A stretch of 33,202 nt of DNA, taken from the NCBI GenBank assembly GCA_030754995.1, contig JASLZG010000001.1:30796-63997 (forward strand), read 5' to 3'. Numbering within the stretch: the stretch's first letter is position 1; every line of letters starts with the position of its first letter. The notes under the pieces were generated by a model. The model worked only from the letters and a program-made list of their open reading frames with translations. It was not told where the DNA came from and searched no databases. Shown here in pieces: positions 17,749 through 25,704 of this stretch. Origin of the DNA: Lentisphaeria bacterium. GTDB taxonomy: Bacteria > Verrucomicrobiota > Lentisphaeria > JABSQK01 > CAJWLW01. The position numbers were made by a program, and so were the translations under genes.

Positions 17749-18732
17749 TCAAACCGGCAACTGCTCATCGATTCGATTGAGGATCTCACGCCCCTCGGCA
17801 AACCGATCGATGTTCTCGACCATGGACGCGTGCCTTTTCACCGCCGTGCCACAGGTTTCGCCGGCAACGTGAGGCGACACATACACGTTCGGCAACTGGT
17901 AGGCCGGCAGGTTCGGGTCCGTGGGTTCCGGGTCATGGACGTCGATACCGGCGCCGGCAAGCCGGCCGTTGAGAAGTGCATCGTGCAGGGCTTTCTCGTC
18001 CACCAGTCCGCCGCGGGCAACGTTGACGAAACAGGCCGTCCTCTTCATCAGGCCGAGTCGACGGGCATCGATGATATGTCGCGTTTTCTCGTGCAGATGC
18101 AAATGCAGCGAGAGATAGTCACATTCAGGAAGCAGCCGGTCCAGGTCGTCATCCGTTGTCCCCATGAAGTCAGGGCCGATATCGTCGATGATCTCCTGGC
18201 CGATCCGGCGAACGTCAATTCCCAAAACTCGCATGTCAAAGGCCTTTGCCCGCCTTGCCAAGGCCTGGCCGCTGGCCCCGAACCCGACAATCAGAACGGT
18301 TTTACCCGCCACGTCACCGACCATGGGCGCGTACAGCTTGCGGTCCTGGAAATATTCCTGGCATTCATTGAATGTGCGGGCGAGCAACAGCATGAACATC
18401 ATGGCGCACTCTGCCAGGGCGGTGCCACTATGAGCGCCGGGGCAGTAGGTCATCATGAAGCCCTTGCGCCGCATGTATTCGATGTCGCAGTGGTCGACAC
18501 CGTTTGAGACGATCTGCCACAGCTTGCAGTCCCCGGCCGCGTCCATCATCTCGCGGGTGCCGCGGCCACCGCTGTCGACCACGACCTCGACCCCGTCGAA
18601 CTGGGGTGCGACCGGCTTGGATGCGTCATATACCGACAGGTCGTGGCGCTCACCCGCCTGCTCGATTATGTCTTCCTGCCAGAACGGGTCGCAGTACAGC
18701 TCCGGCACGTAAAGCGTCTTGACTTTTCGCAT
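17749..18732 (-). CDS. D-isomer-specific 2-hydroxyacid dehydrogenase
   Basis: 327 aa with GVDHCD, LAEC, VGFGASG, NVARGGLVDE, GIDV..PEP and SPHVAG (Arg/Glu/His triad present). Confidence 0.92.
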   Translation of the reverse strand: MRKVKTLYVPELYCDPFWQEDIIEQAGERHDLSVYDASKPVAPQFDGVEVVVDSGGRGTREMMDAAGDCKLWQIVSNGVDHCDIEYMRRKGFMMTYCPGAHSGTALAECAMMFMLLLARTFNECQEYFQDRKLYAPMVGDVAGKTVLIVGFGASGQALARRAKAFDMRVLGIDVRRIGQEIIDDIGPDFMGTTDDDLDRLLPECDYLSLHLHLHEKTRHIIDARRLGLMKRTACFVNVARGGLVDEKALHDALLNGRLAGAGIDVHDPEPTDPNLPAYQLPNVYVSPHVAGETCGTAVKRHASMVENIDRFAEGREILNRIDEQLPV

Positions 18733-18735
18733 GTT

Positions 18736-19521
18736 TCAACTTTTCAACAACTCTTTCGACTGCTCACAACAGTCGATCACGTTCTTGCAGGCGGCGTGCA
18801 GCATCCATTCGTCACCGTCCACGAGCAGCATCTTATAGCCATCTCGAATCGGTGCATCGAAGGTTTCGGAGGTACAGGGAATAGCATCGACATCCATGCC
18901 GGGCGGTACACCTGCGTTTTGGGCCGCCGCCAGGACGGTTTCCACCGCTTCCTTGAAGCGGGGGTGTTCAAACTCTTGAGGGATGCCGAGGGAGATGGAA
19001 AGGTCGAAGGGGCCGACGAGACACGAATCCACACCTTCGACGGCAAGGATTTCGTCGATGTTGGCCACCGCCTGCGCCGTTTCTATGATCACGAGACAGA
19101 CGACGTTGTCATTCGCCTCGTCGAAGTAGTCCGCATCAAAACCGAATGCCGCCGCCCGTGCCGGGCCGTAACCGCGGTTGCCCTGTGGCGGGTACCGGCA
19201 GACCTCCGCAGCGCGGCGGGCTTCTTCCGCACTGTTGACGAAAGGCACCAGCACGCCTCCCGCTCCCATGTCGAGGTAAAGCCGGATCACATCCGGATCG
19301 TTATTCGGTACGCGCACGATCGGTGTCGCTTCCGACGAGGCCAGGCCCTGCAACTGTGCCTGAACGCCAATGGGCGTCTGCGGCGCATGCTCAGTGTCAA
19401 TGATCACGTAATCAAATCCCGCCTTGCCAAAGAGCTCGGCGATGGCTGGCGCGCCAAATCGAAGTTGTGCGCCGATCACAACCTCACCGGCACAGAGCCC
19501 CTGCTTCAATCGGTTTTTCAT
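18736..19521 (-). CDS. HpcH/HpaI-family class II pyruvate aldolase (second copy)
   Basis: 261 aa from ATG 19521 (GAGGA RBS). Motifs: GFDYVIIDTEHAP, IVRVP, LDMGA, RYPPQGNRG, IET, GPFDLS. Confidence 0.92.
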   Translation of the reverse strand: MKNRLKQGLCAGEVVIGAQLRFGAPAIAELFGKAGFDYVIIDTEHAPQTPIGVQAQLQGLASSEATPIVRVPNNDPDVIRLYLDMGAGGVLVPFVNSAEEARRAAEVCRYPPQGNRGYGPARAAAFGFDADYFDEANDNVVCLVIIETAQAVANIDEILAVEGVDSCLVGPFDLSISLGIPQEFEHPRFKEAVETVLAAAQNAGVPPGMDVDAIPCTSETFDAPIRDGYKMLLVDGDEWMLHAACKNVIDCCEQSKELLKS

Positions 19522-19565
19522 GAGTTCCTCGCTAAAAGTCGATGTTACTGTTTCACGTTGGACAG

Positions 19566-20297
19566 TCAAGCCACTGTTTCTACGGACACGCGACGCACGG
19601 AAAAGCCGTCGTCGAAAACGGCGACCAGCTTGAAGGCGGTTTCCTCGGGGTACTGCAGCTGGCGGCACGTTCCGATGCTGGTGACCAGGGGGACCCCCTG
19701 CCAGACACCATCGACGTCCTGGTGCCAGTGGCCACAGAGAACGCAGGTGATTTTGCTCTCCTTGAAAAACTGCACCAGTTGATGGCGGTTTGGCATATTC
19801 CAGTAACACTCCTCCTCGTCCGGATGCTGTGTGAACAGCGGCCAGTGCATGACCACGAAGCGATGAGTCGCCTCGGCCGGTGCCGCCGCCACCGTCTCAC
19901 GCAAATACGCCCATTCCTCCGCCTGCGCCTCGGCCTCGAGGTCGCCGCGCAATGCCGAGGCGTTGAAGCCGACGAAAAAACAGCCCTTGTGGGTTAACGT
20001 GAACCGGTTCGGCGTCGCCTCGTGCGTCATGTAAACCGCGTGCTGGTCATGATTCCCCGACACCCCGTACCACGGCACCTTCAGGCGCCCGGCACCGGCC
20101 AGGAAAACATCAAGCTGCTCTACAGAGTCGCCGTGATTGACGTGGTCGCCGCCGAAAATGACGAGCTCGACATCGTCGTTGGCATTGATAAAATCGACCG
20201 CCTTGTCCAGCCGTGCCCGGGCGGAGTCATCGGCCTCCAGCCCGTTCGGGCTCGCCATGCCGATCTGCGGATCGGTGATGAATGCAAAGTTAAACAT
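19566..20297 (-). CDS. Calcineurin-like metallophosphoesterase (CPPED1-like)
   Basis: 243 aa from ATG 20297. Motifs: TDPQIG, GGDHVN, SGNHD, MHWP, CGHWH. Confidence 0.9.
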   Translation of the reverse strand: MFNFAFITDPQIGMASPNGLEADDSARARLDKAVDFINANDDVELVIFGGDHVNHGDSVEQLDVFLAGAGRLKVPWYGVSGNHDQHAVYMTHEATPNRFTLTHKGCFFVGFNASALRGDLEAEAQAEEWAYLRETVAAAPAEATHRFVVMHWPLFTQHPDEEECYWNMPNRHQLVQFFKESKITCVLCGHWHQDVDGVWQGVPLVTSIGTCRQLQYPEETAFKLVAVFDDGFSVRRVSVETVA

Positions 20298-20342
20298 GGC
20301 TAAACGTACGCCATCGGCGGACGGGTTCAAAGTGCCAATGCA

Positions 20343-20400
20343 GATTGCCTCCCTCGAACAGCACGAAGTTCGAAAACCGCCGACAAGCCAGGAGGCAATC
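20343..20400. repeat. Perfect 10-bp inverted repeat GATTGCCTCC...GGAGGCAATC enclosing an inner hairpin
   Basis: Arms at 20343-20352 and 20391-20400. Inner TCGAAC/GTTCGA stem at 20354-20373. Confidence 0.5.
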
Positions 20401-20415
20401 CGTGCCCCGGGGTGT

Positions 20416-20444
20416 TTGATTTTTGTCATTGCTCCATTTAGTAT
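20416..20444 (+). promoter_or_regulatory. Candidate sigma70-type promoter TTGATT-N17-TAGTAT
   Basis: AT-rich patch in the divergent intergenic region, ending about 35 nt before the GTG at 20480. Confidence 0.4.
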
Positions 20445-20479
20445 TCTGTTGGTTCCAAATTCAACATACCGGGGTCCCT

Positions 20480-22837
20480 GTGAAGAACGGCACGCTGAAG
20501 ATTAAGAACGAGACACTGACGAAACTGGATCACTACGTAATGACACGCGGTGTACCCATGCCGCCGGGAGCGGTACAGGATGCGCAGGGCGCCTCGGCCA
20601 GGGACGCCGAGGGCAAACTGCTGCCGAGCGAATGCAGGGTCCTGCAGCGCCGGCCGGACGGCAGCGTTGAGTGGATGCTCATGGATATTCTGCTCAAGCT
20701 CGCCGGCGAGGAGGCGACGACGATAACCGTCTGGCCCAAACCCGCGCGGCGCCCTGCCGTGACCAACCCCGTGGTCCTGCGGAAGAAGGGGCGGCTGGTA
20801 ACCGTCTCGAACGGCGTCAGCAGGATCACCGTGAACGGTTCGGGCGGATCGCTGATCCACGAGCTGGTCATCGACGGGAAGGTCATCGTCGACAAGTCGA
20901 CTCTCGTGGACCTTCAGGTCGTGGACGGTGGCGGAAAAATCCATCGCGCCAGCCTCAGCGGCGCCTACAGTGTGACCGTCGTGCATCAGAATCGATTGCG
21001 CACCGAGATTAAAGTGGAGGGCAAGCACGCCGCCCGTGACGAGACGACATTCATGGACTTTGCCCTGCGCTTCACCATCACGGCGGGCAGTCCGGACATC
21101 AAGATGGAGCACACGTTCTATTGTCGTGAACCGAGCGAAGACCGGATCCACGTTCGTTCCATGTGCCTGGTCATGCCGACGCTGATGGATCGCGGCGCGA
21201 CGAAGCTCCTGGGCCAGCGGCATCACGGCGAGGACATGCTGCATCGCAACATCAAGGTCGAGGAGAATGTCGAGATCGTCGCGAGCAGTGTCGGTGACAT
21301 AGACAATTACGCCCAGAACTTCGAGGGTGCCGCGGTCGCGCATCCGTGCGCCGGCGGCGAGGTTTTCATCCGCAATGTGGACAGCTTCAGGGAAGACTGG
21401 ACCGAATACCCGGTTCAAATGCGGCCCGATTACACGGGCGGATTCCGGGCCCACTCGTGGGTCGGCGCGCAACGTTCCGTGACACCGATAATCGGCTGGC
21501 GGGAAAAAGGCTTCACGGTGGCCACGGCGTTCGAGCATTTTCGCCAGCTCCATCCAAAATCCATCGCCATTGATGAAAACGTCATCACCTACTCGATCTG
21601 GCCGGAGTGGTCCCACCCGATGGTGGTTGTCCAGGGGGTCAGCAAGAGTCACATCATCTGGTTGACGGGTGCGGCCAAGGCGATGACTATGAACCAGGTT
21701 TCCGATCTGCAGGGTCGCTGGGAATACGGCTACGTGGAACCGGTCGATGTCTCCTTCGATCCCGCCTGGCCGGCCTTCTGTGAAGTGTTGGACTGCCAGC
21801 ATTTCCTCAAGTACCAACCCGAGAAATATTCATTGCTCGAGAACCTCCTCGAACCGGCCTCGCAGGCGGGAAACCCGAATCGACATTCCTATGACCGCCA
21901 GTCGGCGATCGGCATGTTTCACTTCGCCGACCTGGTCAATGCCGAGGGTACGCAGTGCGAGAATAACGAGGACGACTGCCAGGTTCTCTTTCCACTGCAG
22001 CATTTCCTGCGGACCGGCCACACGTATGCCTGGGATTTCGGCAAGGAAGCGGCTCGGCACTACATGGAAGTGGACTTCTGCGAGTGGAGCACCCGCCCAC
22101 GCCAACGCGGCGGGCTGATTCCGCATACCTCGCAGCATTTCATCGGCAACGTCTACCCGAGTCACCAGTGGGTCGAGGGCCTGCTCGCTTATTATTACCT
22201 GAGCGGCGACGAGCGCGCCCGCCACGCCGTGGTCAGCGTCGGCGATAATCATGTGTGGTGGGCAGCCAACAAGCTCGACTGCTTTGCTGACGGGCGCGAG
22301 GCCGGCATGCCGCTGGTCAACCTGGCGCTGGTCTACGGGCTGACGCGCGACAAGAAATACATCAAGGCGGCAAGGCAAATCATCGACGGCTTTGTTCTCA
22401 AATGCGTGAAGAAACACGGCTCATTCAAATACCCCTACCCGCAGAACAAACGGAAACACCCGGAAAAGCTGTATACCGGCTACGGCGACTGGTCGACCTT
22501 TTCGGGGCTCTTCCGGCTGTGGCAGCAGACCGGCGACGAGGACTTTCGCGCGCTGGCGGTGAAGCTGACCGAGCAGGCATTTTATCCCGGGTCAATCGCC
22601 GTCAACGACGATCGCGAAATGGACTTTTTCTCGATCTGGGCGCTGGCCGTCATGACCGGCGACACGGACGCCGCCATCGATCGCGTTGAGCCCGCAATCC
22701 CGATGTTCCTGCGCCGGGGCGGCAACGCCGTGCGGCGTCTGCATTTCCTGAAGATCCTCGATGAGCGCGGCATGATTGACGAAAAGTGTGTCGGCCATCG
22801 CCCCGGAGACATCCCATGGGAACGGCATCCGGATTGA
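20480..22837 (+). CDS. YetA/PcRGLX-like (PL26-type exo-rhamnogalacturonan lyase architecture) protein
   Basis: About 785 aa from GTG 20480 (start uncertain). RIFT-barrel-like N-terminus RGVPMPPGAV...LPSECRVLQRRPDGSVEWMLMD, then a beta-sandwich, then a toroid with GMFHFAD, NNEDD, ARHYMEVD, PHT, SHQWVEGLLAYYYLSGD. Confidence 0.75.
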   Translation: MKNGTLKIKNETLTKLDHYVMTRGVPMPPGAVQDAQGASARDAEGKLLPSECRVLQRRPDGSVEWMLMDILLKLAGEEATTITVWPKPARRPAVTNPVVLRKKGRLVTVSNGVSRITVNGSGGSLIHELVIDGKVIVDKSTLVDLQVVDGGGKIHRASLSGAYSVTVVHQNRLRTEIKVEGKHAARDETTFMDFALRFTITAGSPDIKMEHTFYCREPSEDRIHVRSMCLVMPTLMDRGATKLLGQRHHGEDMLHRNIKVEENVEIVASSVGDIDNYAQNFEGAAVAHPCAGGEVFIRNVDSFREDWTEYPVQMRPDYTGGFRAHSWVGAQRSVTPIIGWREKGFTVATAFEHFRQLHPKSIAIDENVITYSIWPEWSHPMVVVQGVSKSHIIWLTGAAKAMTMNQVSDLQGRWEYGYVEPVDVSFDPAWPAFCEVLDCQHFLKYQPEKYSLLENLLEPASQAGNPNRHSYDRQSAIGMFHFADLVNAEGTQCENNEDDCQVLFPLQHFLRTGHTYAWDFGKEAARHYMEVDFCEWSTRPRQRGGLIPHTSQHFIGNVYPSHQWVEGLLAYYYLSGDERARHAVVSVGDNHVWWAANKLDCFADGREAGMPLVNLALVYGLTRDKKYIKAARQIIDGFVLKCVKKHGSFKYPYPQNKRKHPEKLYTGYGDWSTFSGLFRLWQQTGDEDFRALAVKLTEQAFYPGSIAVNDDREMDFFSIWALAVMTGDTDAAIDRVEPAIPMFLRRGGNAVRRLHFLKILDERGMIDEKCVGHRPGDIPWERHPD

Positions 22838-22865
22838 TGCTTTTCAGGTGCCGCGAGGCATCAGG

Positions 22866-25508
22866 CTAGGCTTCCGTGGGCAACACCAGCACCAGGTAGT
22901 CGTCGTCTGATTCCGGCATGTCGATGACGCTCGAGCCGTGGATGGTTTCGGTTCGCACACAGCGTTTTTCATTCAGCGAAAAGACCTGGCACAGCAGCGG
23001 CTGCGCCGGCAGGTTCTGCAGGTCGATCGTGCATGCCGCCGGCTCCGGCATCCGGTTGAGGTTGCCGGCGAGATAGACGTGTCCGTCACGGACGATGTGG
23101 TTCGTGCAGTTGTAAAAGTAGGCGATCAGCGTCTGCCGGTCCGCAGACCACAGGTAGCTCGCCCGATAGTCCGCTGAAACACGCAGCGGCCCGGATGACA
23201 GAACGTCGTCGGTCAGCGTCGGTGCGGTGTAGGATTCGGTCGCATCGAGCATCGTGACGCCGGCCGGTTCCGGGTCGCCCGGTTGCACGTAACTGGTCAT
23301 CAGCGGCAGTGCCGAAAAGAACGCCTCGTATTCCTCCAACACCAGGCGGCCGTCGAAACCATCCGGCCCGCTCCCGACATTCGTGCCATCGACCCGGATC
23401 GCGACCGGTGCCTGGAGGAACGCCTGCGACCAGTCGACGGCGTCGCGAACCTGGCGGAACACTATCCGTTCGTCTTCGGCATGTTGCTCGCCCCAGGTGA
23501 TCAGCAGCGGGATACGATGGACCAGCCCGATATAGAGATTGTCGCGCAGCCGCCGCCGATAGTGCCCGGTACCGCACCAGGTATCCTCCTGGCCCATGAA
23601 CCGTTTGTACAGGTGCGGGCACGGCCAGCTGCCCTCGCCCATGAAGTAGTCTCCGAGCTGCAGGAACTTGAGCTCGATGGCGAGATCGAGTTCCGGCTTC
23701 AGTTCCATGCCCATCCAGTACATGCGGCTACCCGCCAGCTCCGCTTCCCAGGCGACGTCGGTCCGGCAGCCCTCGGGGAAGCCGGCCGTCCACTCATAGA
23801 CGATCCACGCCGCCCGGTGTGCGTCCGGCAGGTCGAAGAGGCGGTGGATCGGTTCGATTATATAGATGTGGTTCGGCATCTGTTTCTGCATGAAACGATA
23901 GGCGTCGTTGACCCGCTCCGGGCCGGCGGCAATGTCACCCTCGCCCGAGGTCGAGACGCAGAAGAGTGCCGTTTCGTCGCGGTACATGTCGGCGAAATCC
24001 TGCAGGTACCCATGAAAGAGTTCATCGAACCGCGACCCGTTGCCGGGGTGCGTCCAGTCCTCGTCCTTGAAGCCCGCCTCGAGATACTGGCGCAGCACCG
24101 GTGTCTGGTGTCCCTGCGTCTGACTGGTGCCGTATGGGTAGTGGGAAACGGCCTGCTCCAGAACGAGGCCGTGGCGCGCCGCCACCCGCATGACCAGCGC
24201 CAACTGCTCTGCCGCGCGGGGTATGATGTGCCCGCAAGCGTCGAGCTTTTCCCAGATACCCCAACCGACCAGCAGGTGAATCAGATCCCAGCCGCACGAC
24301 TGCAGGTATTCGAAGCGCCAGGTCAGTTCCGCCTCGGTCATCGCGTCCCAGTAATGCCAGTGCTCAGCCTCCGGATTAGCGTCCAGCTCCGCCTGTCCCT
24401 GCACCAGTGTTTCTTCCGGCGTGCCGATGTCACGGACAAATGCCATGTCCGCGGCAGAGCCGCTGAGCGGCCCCTGCACCTTGCCGTCCCGGACCAGGCT
24501 GTGGGCCGCCGATTCATAGCTGAGGAAAATGCCGTCCGTCACCCGGAGCACCAGTGAGCTCGTCGCCTCAATGGCACCGGCGGCGGTCAGTTCCGCCTCG
24601 TGTTCACCCGCCGGCAAGTCGGTAAAGGAGCCGCTCCACACACCGTCGAGCGCAATCAGCTCGGCGACGTGGTCCCCTGACCTGGCGGTCACCTGCACCG
24701 TCTGGGGATCCGGGACCTGGCCGTCCGCGCCGATGACGACAGCCGAGATCGGCATGCCTGTTTTTTCGATATTCTGTGCCGTTCGCACGACCGGCAGGCA
24801 GGGCACCAGCGCCGCGTGCCCCGCCATCGCTGCGGCAAAAGTGATGGACGCTTCGGCTTCCGGCGTTTCCGTCCACAGGCCGACGGCGATATGCACCGCC
24901 GCAAAGTGGTGCGCGTAACCTTTGGCTGCCATGGCGGCAGCCAGGTCCAGGGTCACGGCGCCCGGCTCCGTGTGCCAGTTGCTGGCCAGCAGGGGCGGAC
25001 CGGTGCGGCTCTTGACCAGCACACATACCTGCCACTGCGCGGTGGCGTCGCTGACCGTGACACTGAGAATCGGATGCTGGTCGAGGTTGACCTGCAGCTC
25101 GGGCAACGCCACAACTTCCCGCTGCCGGGCCGAGCGCTTTTCGAACGTCAGTTCGGAACCGGCATGCTGCAGCGGATTGGCCGGATCACTGAACCAGTCG
25201 CTGACCCGCGCCTCGCCGGTGAGCTCGAGATTGCCGGCGGCTTCATACGCCAGGACGGTGCGGTTGGGCGTCGCGGCCCAGCGCATGGCGCGGTTGAACG
25301 TCCGCGACTGCCCGAGAAAGGCGCAATACTCCGGCTCCGTTTGCCGTCCAGGTATGCGCGGTTCATGGTAGACCTCATCGGCGTGCCCCTCGAGCGCGAA
25401 TTCCGGGCGTTCCGTTGAAACAGTGCCGTCATCCCACTGCACGGTTCCCCATGAGCCAATGCCGGCAGCCCGGCGATTCTCCGGTTCGTTTGTTTCATCA
25501 TCACTCAT
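22866..25508 (-). CDS. Uncharacterised multidomain protein, probable clan GH-A-like TIM-barrel glycoside hydrolase
   Basis: 880 aa with an AGGA RBS. Beta-rich N-terminal half. Barrel-like segments: FEYLQSCGWDLIHL..GWGIWE, AARHGLVL, FADMYRDETALFCVSTSGEGD, YFMGEG. Confidence 0.55.
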   Translation of the reverse strand: MSDDETNEPENRRAAGIGSWGTVQWDDGTVSTERPEFALEGHADEVYHEPRIPGRQTEPEYCAFLGQSRTFNRAMRWAATPNRTVLAYEAAGNLELTGEARVSDWFSDPANPLQHAGSELTFEKRSARQREVVALPELQVNLDQHPILSVTVSDATAQWQVCVLVKSRTGPPLLASNWHTEPGAVTLDLAAAMAAKGYAHHFAAVHIAVGLWTETPEAEASITFAAAMAGHAALVPCLPVVRTAQNIEKTGMPISAVVIGADGQVPDPQTVQVTARSGDHVAELIALDGVWSGSFTDLPAGEHEAELTAAGAIEATSSLVLRVTDGIFLSYESAAHSLVRDGKVQGPLSGSAADMAFVRDIGTPEETLVQGQAELDANPEAEHWHYWDAMTEAELTWRFEYLQSCGWDLIHLLVGWGIWEKLDACGHIIPRAAEQLALVMRVAARHGLVLEQAVSHYPYGTSQTQGHQTPVLRQYLEAGFKDEDWTHPGNGSRFDELFHGYLQDFADMYRDETALFCVSTSGEGDIAAGPERVNDAYRFMQKQMPNHIYIIEPIHRLFDLPDAHRAAWIVYEWTAGFPEGCRTDVAWEAELAGSRMYWMGMELKPELDLAIELKFLQLGDYFMGEGSWPCPHLYKRFMGQEDTWCGTGHYRRRLRDNLYIGLVHRIPLLITWGEQHAEDERIVFRQVRDAVDWSQAFLQAPVAIRVDGTNVGSGPDGFDGRLVLEEYEAFFSALPLMTSYVQPGDPEPAGVTMLDATESYTAPTLTDDVLSSGPLRVSADYRASYLWSADRQTLIAYFYNCTNHIVRDGHVYLAGNLNRMPEPAACTIDLQNLPAQPLLCQVFSLNEKRCVRTETIHGSSVIDMPESDDDYLVLVLPTEA

Positions 25509-25704
25509 GTCGATTCCTTGATGTTTCTGTAAGGCTCCAAAGTAGTGCGGATCTCCGTTGGCGCCAAGTAGGACGGATTCGGATCGCCGCCCGGCTTGTT
25601 ACGCCTCCGGCACCAGGATTTCGTAAATGCCCGCTTCCTGGTCTTCGTGGTGCGGCGCGACAATTCTGAGAGCGCTGGTGGTTGGACGAGCATCGATCTG
25701 CAGA

